The translations under genes were made by a program, and so were the position numbers. The notes below the pieces were generated by a model. It was given only the letters and a program-made list of their open reading frames with translations, made no database searches and was not told where the DNA came from. A stretch of DNA of 36,764 nt from a virus. The stretch lies in the IMG/VR virus record IMGVR_UViG_3300045988_146803; one strand, given 5' to 3'. Positions 15,035 through 22,137 of this stretch are shown here, in pieces; the stretch's first letter is position 1, and every line of letters begins with the position of its first letter.

Positions 15035-15419
15035 GAGGTACAAGCTCTTTGAGATCGTCCGTCACCGGGATAGAGACCTCTGGGATGTCTATGAAAGAAT
15101 GCTGGGAATACCGTATCCGGCGGGGAGAACCCACGTCCACCACGTCATTCCAGTAGCTTCCGGCGGAGAAGACATCGCAGAGAACCTCATCACCTTAGAC
15201 CCGAAGACCCATTTCTATGTATTCCATAACGGATTCGGGAGTGTGGATAAAGAATGGCAGAAAATCGCCAAGAAGTATCTAGCGAGCAAGGAGGTCAAGG
15301 CGTGGCACGAAGAAAGAGAAGCAAGTTTGACAGCCCTATACCAGACTGCAGAAACTACCCGTATCAAGAAGATCCGGAAGAATTGCTTGCCAGAGAAAAG
15401 ACCAGGCTTCAAATACTAA
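15012..15419 (+). CDS. HNH endonuclease
   Basis: RTHVHHVIPVASGGEDIAENLITLDPKTH matches the HNH core (H-H...N...H). RBS GGAGG lies 6 nt upstream. Confidence 0.8.
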   Translation: MIRLSKNKRYKLFEIVRHRDRDLWDVYERMLGIPYPAGRTHVHHVIPVASGGEDIAENLITLDPKTHFYVFHNGFGSVDKEWQKIAKKYLASKEVKAWHEEREASLTALYQTAETTRIKKIRKNCLPEKRPGFKY

Positions 15420-15457
15420 GAGAAGACAATACCATCTGCCCTGTATGTCATAGGGGT

Positions 15458-15610
15458 ATGAAGCACACCTGCCATTGTCCCAAAGAAAAAGCGGCCGTCT
15501 GTGAAGAACATTGTGAAACGTGTGAATACCACGTACCAATGACAGCGGCCAGCAATGGGAAATGTTTGTACACGAAAAAGCCGCCTGCGGGAACAGGCGG
15601 CGAAGGGTGA
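15458..15610 (+). CDS. Cys/His-rich small protein (50 aa from ATG; frame open further upstream)
   Basis: MKHTCHCPKEKAAVCEEHCETCEYH... The in-frame upstream codons encode ICPVCHRG but have no canonical start after the HNH stop. The start is uncertain. Confidence 0.35.
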   Translation: MKHTCHCPKEKAAVCEEHCETCEYHVPMTAASNGKCLYTKKPPAGTGGEG

Positions 15611-15680
15611 AAGATAAATTCACGTTTTTCTATATGAGAGTATATCACGCCCTTCATAAAAAGTCCAGAAAAGCAAGGCA

Positions 15681-15705
15681 CAAAGGGGATTTTCCGTCCC
15701 CTTTG
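15681..15705. promoter_or_regulatory. Perfect 9-bp stem-loop upstream of rep (candidate origin/nick hairpin)
   Basis: CAAAGGGGA-TTTTCCG-TCCCCTTTG with no following T-run, 33 nt before the rep start. Confidence 0.4.
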
Positions 15706-15737
15706 CCCCCTTGTTAAGGCTATTATTTGGAGGACCG

Positions 15738-16478
15738 ATGCCGTATCGAAAACGTATTTTCACCTACCCGGGAGGGCGGGTAGAAGAGAAGTATTTCACT
15801 TGCCGTCTCGGAGGCAAAAAGACTCGTATCAAAAATTGCAACAAGACCCCGGAAGCCGTGGCCAAGGTCAATGCGAGAAGAGCGGTGAGGCATCTGGAAG
15901 AAATTCTTCTCACCAACTTCAAGCAGGGAGATCAATACATCACACTGACCTATGCCAAAGAACCCAAAGACTACGAGGAGGCCATCCGCCATCTCACGAA
16001 CTACATCAAGAGACTTCGGAGACGCTACCAGAAAGCAGGGCAAGAACTTCGCTACATCTACACCACGGAATACAAGGGGAAACGAATCCACCATCACATC
16101 CTTGTGAACAAAGTTCTGGAGCAGCAGGAGCTCAGAGATACATGGGGGCACTCCAAACTAAGTGCCTATGACATCATCGAATACCAGGGAGAAGGAAGAG
16201 ACGCCAAGAAACTTTCCGCTTACTTCACGAAAGAGTCCAATATCACTGTAAGGGAAGGAAAGCAGAAAGTGAGATACGTCGCTTCGAGGAACCTCAAGAA
16301 GCCGGAAGTCCAATATCAGACCATCCAGTCTAAGAAATGGAGAGAAAGACCGACGGCGAAAAAGGGATATGCCCTGGCAGACGTCATGAATACCTTCACA
16401 GGCTGGGGGTATCCGCTGCAGATCGCAAGGTATGTAGAAATTCCCAAGAAGAAAAAGCGAGGGAGAAAAAATGAGTAA
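15738..16478 (+). CDS. rep: HUH-superfamily rolling-circle replication initiator (Rep)
   Basis: Three ordered motifs: I, YITLTY (nt ~15936-15953); II, RIHHHILVN (HHH at 16089-16097); III, KLSAYFTKE (Tyr codon at 16221-16223, YxxK type). Spacings of ~48 and ~44 aa are typical of single-Tyr Reps. ATG 15738 follows TTGGAGGA. Confidence 0.75.
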   Translation: MPYRKRIFTYPGGRVEEKYFTCRLGGKKTRIKNCNKTPEAVAKVNARRAVRHLEEILLTNFKQGDQYITLTYAKEPKDYEEAIRHLTNYIKRLRRRYQKAGQELRYIYTTEYKGKRIHHHILVNKVLEQQELRDTWGHSKLSAYDIIEYQGEGRDAKKLSAYFTKESNITVREGKQKVRYVASRNLKKPEVQYQTIQSKKWRERPTAKKGYALADVMNTFTGWGYPLQIARYVEIPKKKKRGRKNE

Positions 16479-16824
16479 GATCTGTCCCGAGTGCGGGAAA
16501 TCATTTGTCGGCAGTACAGGCCAGAAGTATTGCTCCTACAGGTGCTGCAAAAGGCACAACAGAAAAGCAAAAGAAATCAAGCATCCGGATCCACCCAAGG
16601 GCGTGTCGATCATCCGCGCCTTTTCCTGCAAAGAGTGCGGGCATGAAGTCCTCGTCTGGGAAAGAACAGATAAGAGGACCGTCTTCTGCTGCAGTCTCTG
16701 CGAGAAGAAATACTGGAAGCACAATACTTCCAAGAGCAACAAGCATAGAAAAGGCGAAATCGGCATGTCCGGCGGCATGAGCTTAGGGAGCCTCATCCGA
16801 AGAGAAAAGAGGGATCTCTTATGA
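16471..16824 (+). CDS. Zinc-ribbon repeat protein (2 copies)
   Basis: CPECGKSFVGSTGQKYCSYRCCKRH and CKECGHEVLVWERTDKRTVFCCSLCEKKY. Its start overlaps the rep stop. Confidence 0.7.
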   Translation: MSKICPECGKSFVGSTGQKYCSYRCCKRHNRKAKEIKHPDPPKGVSIIRAFSCKECGHEVLVWERTDKRTVFCCSLCEKKYWKHNTSKSNKHRKGEIGMSGGMSLGSLIRREKRDLL

Positions 16825-17504
16825 CAGGGGAAGAATATACCGCCTTTTTGCGCGCCAGAAAACCTGAAGTATACATTCAGAATTCATCCGGCGTCCCGGT
16901 GAAATGGATCGTGACAAGAGCCTATATCAATGGCGTCAGCGCAAAGCGTCATATAGATGCCGAGAACTACAGCCACGACGACACCGGTTTCTTTCCAGTC
17001 GCCATGCTGATGACCAAAGCGCAGGCAGCCAAAAGGAAGAAAGAGCTCGCAGAGAAAGCAAAGTCCCTGCAGAAAATTTGCGCCGGGTGCGGCGCAGCCT
17101 TCACCTCAAAGGATCCTCGCAAAGTGTACTGTTCCGCCAAGTGCCAGAAAGAGTCGAATAGAAAAGAGACTGTTCGGAAATACTGGGAAAGGATGGAAAA
17201 CGAAGAACGCCCCATCCTTGTCTGTCCCGTCTGCGGGAAGAAATTTCAGCAGAAACATTGTGAGCGGATCTGCAGCGATGAGTGCCGGGCGAAGAAAGCC
17301 ATAGAGACCGGCAAGAAAATCAGAACCGTTGCACAGCAGCACAAGAAAGAGCGTGAAGAGATCCTAGGGGGAGAGATCGAGCTCGCGAAGAAAATAAAAA
17401 GAGGGAAGGTCTGCGCCGGGTGCGGCGCCATCTTCCGGGCGAAAGGAGGAGAAAGATATTGCAAAACATGCATGAAAAAGGGAGTCACATGGGGGATCGA
17501 ATGA
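16821..17504 (+). CDS. Zinc-ribbon repeat protein (3 copies)
   Basis: CAGCGAAFTSKDPRKVYCSAKCQKE, CPVCGKKFQQKHCERICSDECRAKK and CAGCGAIFRAKGGERYCKTCMKKG. A 17-nt DNA repeat, TGCGCCGGGTGCGGCGC, occurs at 17079-17095 and 17412-17428. Confidence 0.7.
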   Translation: MTGEEYTAFLRARKPEVYIQNSSGVPVKWIVTRAYINGVSAKRHIDAENYSHDDTGFFPVAMLMTKAQAAKRKKELAEKAKSLQKICAGCGAAFTSKDPRKVYCSAKCQKESNRKETVRKYWERMENEERPILVCPVCGKKFQQKHCERICSDECRAKKAIETGKKIRTVAQQHKKEREEILGGEIELAKKIKRGKVCAGCGAIFRAKGGERYCKTCMKKGVTWGIE

Positions 17505-17767
17505 GAAAGCACGATGCACGCATGATCATTCAAAGAATCGTAGCCGGAGCATTCCGGGGGACAAGGAAAGCCTTCAAAGCAAAGAAACTTGAAACCAAAA
17601 GGAAAGACCACCCGCAGCACCATCTCTACTGGTGCAAGAGAGAACCCATCAACCAAAGACGGAAAATTGAGATCGAATTCTGGACCGGGTGGTATCTCAG
17701 CCTGCATAGCGGATGCTTCCGGGAACAAGTATTCAAAGAAGCCGAAGAAAGAGAGAAAGCAGAATGA
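17501..17767 (+). CDS. Basic hypothetical protein (88 aa)
   Basis: ATGA overlap with the previous stop. Product MRKHDARMIIQRIVAGAFRGTRKAFKAKKLETKRKD... Confidence 0.55.
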   Translation: MRKHDARMIIQRIVAGAFRGTRKAFKAKKLETKRKDHPQHHLYWCKREPINQRRKIEIEFWTGWYLSLHSGCFREQVFKEAEEREKAE

Positions 17768-18333
17768 CAGAAGAAGAGAATCCGAGAGAGCTAGACAAGC
17801 GCTTAAGAAACCAAATTCAAAACCTGCTCGAGAGTAAAGAGGGCAGAAACCTGTGGGCGGGAGAAATCCAATTCCAAAGTATCCAGCTGAATAACAGCAG
17901 TGTTTCCATCAGTTATGTCGATGCGGATGGTGTGAAAACGTTCACGTGTGAAGAGCAGCCGAGAGAAGGATTTAGAACCGCTATGGCGGCGATGAGCCTT
18001 TACTATACCGACATGGCAGGGGACTATAGACCCGAGAAACCGGTACAGGCCATTTTCGCGGTGGAGAAAGTAGTGCCAAAGCGGGATAAGAAATCCGGGG
18101 CGCTAAAAGGAGTGCGGCTGGGCGGGCGGTTCTATCTCAAAGGCAGCCCTACCGCGCAGCGGTTCAGCACGATCGAAGACATCACTCCGACCGATAACGT
18201 GTTCTGCATCATGAAGAAAATCTATGATGAAGCGGCGCTTTACATCAGCGGCGAGCGGAGAGAAGAAAACCTTTTTAAAACGAGCCGGGATGGTGAGCAG
18301 GAGTCAAGCGATGAGCGGGCAAATGAAGAGTGA
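17764..18333 (+). CDS. Hypothetical replication-module protein (189 aa)
   Basis: ATGA-coupled start (MTEEENPREL...). No motif recognised. Confidence 0.65.
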   Translation: MTEEENPRELDKRLRNQIQNLLESKEGRNLWAGEIQFQSIQLNNSSVSISYVDADGVKTFTCEEQPREGFRTAMAAMSLYYTDMAGDYRPEKPVQAIFAVEKVVPKRDKKSGALKGVRLGGRFYLKGSPTAQRFSTIEDITPTDNVFCIMKKIYDEAALYISGERREENLFKTSRDGEQESSDERANEE

Positions 18334-18354
18334 TAGATTTTTTCGATTTTCCGC

Positions 18355-18412
18355 GAATTGGATTGAATTGAATTGGATTGAATTGAATTGGATTGAATTG
18401 AATTGGATTGAA
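18355..18412. repeat. Tandem iterons: GAATTGGATTGAATT x3.9 (15-bp unit, internal 5-bp RATTG periodicity)
   Basis: Exact copies at 18355-18369, 18370-18384 and 18385-18399, plus a partial copy at 18400-18412. The block is intergenic and lies directly before the ssb RBS. Confidence 0.95.
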
Positions 18413-18423
18413 AGGAGAAAGAA

Positions 18424-18924
18424 TTGAACAGCGTAGAAATATCCGGGAACCTCGCAAGAGATCCCGTCGTCAGATCCACTAAGACAGGGAGAGCCGTTGC
18501 CACATTTACCGTCGCCTCCAGTCGCCTCTATGTTACGCAGAATGGTGAACAGAAAGAACAGACCGCATGGATCAATGTCGTTGCCTGGGGAGCCATCGCG
18601 GAAAGAGTGGCCAACTTCTGTAAGAAAGGAACCTTCGTCTACGTCCATGGCAGCCTGAATACCAGATCCTACGATGACGACAGCGGCCAGAGGCACTGGA
18701 TCATGGAAGTCGTAGCAGACATCGTAGCTGATCCGAAATGGGGAGAAGGCAAGGCGTCATCCGGAGGAAGCTATTCCGGCGGATATAGCAAGGGATCCGG
18801 CGGCGCTTCCAATGGCTATGGAAACAATTCCGGCGGGTTTAACCAGTTCGGCCCTTCCAAACCGGAGCAGCGAGAAGAGAGCATGTTCCCTGCGAAAGGG
18901 CCGCAGGAAGACATACCATTTTAG
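18424..18924 (+). CDS. ssb: Single-stranded DNA-binding protein
   Basis: TTG start after AAAGGAGAAAGAA. OB-fold pattern NSVEISGNLARDPVVRSTKTGRAVATFTVA...WINVVAWGAIAE...GTFVYVHGSL, a Gly/Ser-rich linker and the acidic tip EDIPF. Confidence 0.9.
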   Translation: MNSVEISGNLARDPVVRSTKTGRAVATFTVASSRLYVTQNGEQKEQTAWINVVAWGAIAERVANFCKKGTFVYVHGSLNTRSYDDDSGQRHWIMEVVADIVADPKWGEGKASSGGSYSGGYSKGSGGASNGYGNNSGGFNQFGPSKPEQREESMFPAKGPQEDIPF

Positions 18925-18981
18925 GTAAATGAGAATGATTGAAGAAAATCCATAAGTGGTAAGTATTCGAGGGGGATCAAA

Positions 18982-19308
18982 GTGAATAGGCAGGAAAGAA
19001 GAAGGCTAGGCGTCAAAAAGAAGGATCCCATGGTTTCCATCAAACAGTCAGACGTCAATGCAATGAAACAAGAAGCCACCAAGAAAGGCTGCGAGCTGGC
19101 CTTTAACTTAATGCTTGCTATTCCGGCTATGGTCATCCATGACAAGTTCGGAAGCCTGATGAAGAAAGATGGCAGAGTGAAAAAGTTCGTAGACCTCTGC
19201 ATGAAAGAGTATAAGTGCTATGAAGAGGGATACATCACCCTGCAGGAGCTGGCTAAGTGCCTGCAGGACGAAGCAGGAGTCAAAATCAAAGGATGGGATT
19301 CTTATTAA
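18982..19308 (+). CDS. Hypothetical protein
   Basis: GTG start 5 nt after GAGGGGGA; 108 aa. Confidence 0.6.
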   Translation: MNRQERRRLGVKKKDPMVSIKQSDVNAMKQEATKKGCELAFNLMLAIPAMVIHDKFGSLMKKDGRVKKFVDLCMKEYKCYEEGYITLQELAKCLQDEAGVKIKGWDSY

Positions 19309-19325
19309 GAATGAGGAGCGAGAAA

Positions 19326-19622
19326 ATGAACGATGAAGGGGAAAGAAATTTGGCTGGTGATGGTTTAAGGAAACGCAGAGATGCGTCAGGCATGGCTGCC
19401 GCTCAGGCGCACTATAACCAGTGCGCCATTGAGCCAATCGAAATCATGCAGATGTACTTCACCGCCCAAGAAATGTATGGTTTCTGCAAGGGGAATGCGC
19501 TGAAGTACATCCTGCGTTCCCGATTCAAAGGGCACGAGATCCAGGATATGGAAAAAGCGCTGCAGTATGTCGAGTGGGCTGTGGACGTTCTGAAGGGGAA
19601 GAGCATCAATCCGAGGAAATGA
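19326..19622 (+). CDS. DUF3310-family phage protein
   Basis: AHYNQCAIEPIEIMQMYF...FCKGNALKYILRSRFKG..IQDMEKALQYVEW matches the DUF3310 pattern (HY...iEpi..i......GNa.KY..R...K...D..KA..Y). ATG follows AGGAGCGAGAAA. Confidence 0.7.
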   Translation: MNDEGERNLAGDGLRKRRDASGMAAAQAHYNQCAIEPIEIMQMYFTAQEMYGFCKGNALKYILRSRFKGHEIQDMEKALQYVEWAVDVLKGKSINPRK

Positions 19623-19685
19623 AATCAGCCTACTGCAATTAAACGGCTATCGCAAAGAAGGCTGGGAGGTAGAAGAAATCAAGAG

Positions 19686-19931
19686 ATGACCATCGAAGAG
19701 AGAGCGGAAGCCCTGGCAAGGAAAGATTTCAATAAACTGAATATTCCGGAAACGGTGAAAAAGAGATCACTACGCAAAAGACGCCAGGGCAAGACGCTAG
19801 TCTTCGAAGCAGGAGAACGTGGGATCCTCGTGAGATACTTCATGCGCTGCCAGGACAGGCACATATCCATGAAGCGCATTGTGACACACTTCCACGATGA
19901 AGAATTTGACAATTCTTCCAAACCACCGTAA
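19686..19931 (+). CDS. Hypothetical protein, last gene before the late operon
   Basis: Listed ORF of 81 aa, basic. Its position upstream of terS is where late regulators often sit in Firmicutes phages; that link is inference only. Confidence 0.55.
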   Translation: MTIEERAEALARKDFNKLNIPETVKKRSLRKRRQGKTLVFEAGERGILVRYFMRCQDRHISMKRIVTHFHDEEFDNSSKPP

Positions 19932-19969
19932 GATAGTTATGAAATCTCCAGCAGATTTTCGGCATCCGT

Positions 19970-20037
19970 AAGGAGCCGGTACCTTTTACCCGCATATATC
20001 TCGCGGGCAACGATAAAAGATACCGGCTCCTTTTTTG
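19970..20037 (+). terminator. Strong Rho-independent terminator (compound hairpin) between the early and late operons
   Basis: AAGGAGCCGGTA (19970-19981) pairs with TACCGGCTCCTT (20021-20032) around an inner CCCGC/GCGGG hairpin. It is followed by TTTTTTGTGTTTT. terS starts 22 nt later, leaving no room for a promoter. Confidence 0.75.
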
Positions 20038-20058
20038 TGTTTTAGGGGGGGTGAGAGC

Positions 20059-20532
20059 ATGGCCAAAGGGAAATGGGAGAAGTGGATAGAGCCGAATCAT
20101 CTCTTGATTTTAGGCGCGTGGGCGCGTGACGGGCTGACCGACGAAGACATAGCGCACAACATTGGCATTTCCCGCTCCACCCTGAAAGAGTGGAAGAAAA
20201 AGATTCCGGCCATATCGGCCACCCTAAATACTAATAAGGCAATAGCCGATATCCGGGTAGAGAATGCCCTCTACAAAAAAGCGATCGGCTGCACCGTCAA
20301 GGAGAAAGTCATCTCCAAAATCAAAAACCCGGACGGCACAGTCACAGAAACAGAGAGAATAGTGGAAAGAGAACTGCCCCCGGATACGACAGCCGGGATC
20401 TTCTGGCTGAAGAACCGAAAACCGAAAGACTGGAGAGATAAGCAGGAAGTCGAGCTTTCCGGAAACGTAGGCATGACAGACGCGCTGAAGAAAGCGAGGG
20501 AGCGAGTGAATGAACACCGAAATAGTAAGTGA
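20059..20532 (+). CDS. terS: Terminase small subunit (HTH type)
   Basis: MAKGKWEKWIEPNHLLILGAWARDGLTDEDIAHNIGISRSTLKEWKKKIPAISATL...VENALYKKAIG resembles Firmicutes-phage TerS proteins. It overlaps terL by 23 nt. Confidence 0.75.
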   Translation: MAKGKWEKWIEPNHLLILGAWARDGLTDEDIAHNIGISRSTLKEWKKKIPAISATLNTNKAIADIRVENALYKKAIGCTVKEKVISKIKNPDGTVTETERIVERELPPDTTAGIFWLKNRKPKDWRDKQEVELSGNVGMTDALKKARERVNEHRNSK

Positions 20533-21925
20533 CCTTGCCGGACTGGCGAAAGACCCCCTCAGTTTCGTCTACTGGGCTTTCCCATGGGGTGAAGGACTCC
20601 TTATCCATCAGGACGGCCCCGAAGCCTGGCAGAAGGAAATACTGGGGCATATAGGCGAAAACGTATCCCCGGACAAAGTCATCCAAGAAGCCGTCGCATC
20701 AGGTCACGGTATCGGGAAATCCGCTTTGGTATCCTGGCTCATCCTCTGGGCGATCTCCACCCACGAGAATACCCGCGGCGTCGTCACCGCCAACACAGAG
20801 ACACAGCTCCTCACGAAGACATGGCCGGAGCTTATGAAATGGCATGCCATGTTCCTCGCAAGAGATTTATTCAAAGTCACCGCCACCTCCATCTTCGCAG
20901 CCGAAGACGGCAAGGAAAAGAACTGGCGTATCGACGCTATCCCGTGGTCCGTGGCCAACCCGGAAGCCTTTGCGGGTTTGCATAATCAAGGAAATAGAAC
21001 CATCCTCATCTTCGACGAAGCATCAGCCATAGACGATAAGATCTGGGAAGTCGCGGAAGGTGCGCTAAACGACGCCAACACAGAAAGACTTTGGTGCGCC
21101 TTCGGGAACCCGACGCGAAATACCGGAAGATTCTACGACTGCTTCCACAAATTCCGTCCATACTGGCACACCATGCAGGTAGATTCCAGATCCGTCAGAT
21201 TTTCAGACAAGACAAAGATTTCCCAGTGGGAAGAAGCCTACGGAGCGGACAGCGACTTCTTCAAAGTCCGAGTCACCGGAGACTTCCCGGACGCCTCAGA
21301 CCTGCAGTTCATCCCATTAGGGCTAGTCAAGAAAGCAGCGCAAAGGAACCTGCATGAAGGGCAATACAAATTCGCCCCCTGCGTTATAGGCGTAGACCCC
21401 GCATGGTCCGGCGGAGACGCCACCTCCATCTACCTGCGTCAGGGGCTCTACACAAAGAAACTGGCAAGGATCCTCAAGAATACCAATGACATGACCATAG
21501 CCAACATGATCGCCCGTTTCGAAGACCAGTATCACGCAGCAGCCGTCAACATCGATTTAGGATATGGCACCGGCATCTACTCCGCTGGCATCACCATGGG
21601 AAGAGCGTGGAACCTCATCTCCTTTGCGGGCTCCTCTCCCGATCCGTCATGCGTCAACATGCGTGCTTACATGTGGTTCGCTATGAAGAAATGGTTCCAG
21701 ACCGGCGGCGCCATAGAAGCCGACCAGACTTTAATAGACGACCTCACCCATGTGGAAATCAAACCCACCATGGACGGCCGCATTCAGCTCAGGTCCAAAG
21801 ATGAAATGAAAAAAGAAGGCATCCCGTCGCCAAATGACGCAGATGCCCTCGCACTGACCTTTGCCGTCCCCGTCGTCAATCGGAAAAGGAACGGCAAGGC
21901 CAACACCAACTACCAGTTATTTTGA
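20510..21925 (+). CDS. terL: Terminase large subunit
   Basis: Walker A-like ASGHGIGKSA, Walker B ILIFDEAS, and a C-terminal nuclease-like region (VIGVDPAWSGGDATS...DADALALT). Confidence 0.88.
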   Translation: MNTEIVSDLAGLAKDPLSFVYWAFPWGEGLLIHQDGPEAWQKEILGHIGENVSPDKVIQEAVASGHGIGKSALVSWLILWAISTHENTRGVVTANTETQLLTKTWPELMKWHAMFLARDLFKVTATSIFAAEDGKEKNWRIDAIPWSVANPEAFAGLHNQGNRTILIFDEASAIDDKIWEVAEGALNDANTERLWCAFGNPTRNTGRFYDCFHKFRPYWHTMQVDSRSVRFSDKTKISQWEEAYGADSDFFKVRVTGDFPDASDLQFIPLGLVKKAAQRNLHEGQYKFAPCVIGVDPAWSGGDATSIYLRQGLYTKKLARILKNTNDMTIANMIARFEDQYHAAAVNIDLGYGTGIYSAGITMGRAWNLISFAGSSPDPSCVNMRAYMWFAMKKWFQTGGAIEADQTLIDDLTHVEIKPTMDGRIQLRSKDEMKKEGIPSPNDADALALTFAVPVVNRKRNGKANTNYQLF

Positions 21926-21936
21926 AAGGAGACACC

Positions 21937-22137
21937 ATGTGCGGAAACCCATTTAAATCCCCCAAAGTTCCGGCGGCGCAGAAAGTCGATCCGACCGTCA
22001 CCGACGTAACCAGTTCCCAGGTATCAGACGACAGCGGTGACACCGAAGCCAGCAAGAGAAAGAAAAAGCAGGGATTCGCAGCCACACGTCTTGCGACCCT
22101 GCTGAGTAATGCAGGAAGCAAGGACACCTTAGGATGA
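21937..22137 (+). CDS. Small protein between terL and portal (66 aa)
   Basis: ATG follows AAAGGAGACACC. Product MCGNPFKSPKVPAAQKVDPTVTDV...KRKKKQGFAATRLATLL; low complexity, unknown function. Confidence 0.5.
   Translation: MCGNPFKSPKVPAAQKVDPTVTDVTSSQVSDDSGDTEASKRKKKQGFAATRLATLLSNAGSKDTLG

Noticed and set aside
14390-15043. 217-aa minus-strand ORF
   Set aside because: It is a shadow of three tightly coupled plus-strand genes, with no RBS.
18355-18412. CRISPR array
   Set aside because: The repeats are directly abutting 15-mers with no spacers, and no cas genes are present. This is an iteron-type tandem repeat.
18224-18503. ORFs encoding repeated NWIEL / NSIQS / FNPIQ peptides
   Set aside because: They are translations of the non-coding 15-bp tandem repeat in three frames. 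None has an RBS, and they overlap the well-supported ssb start.
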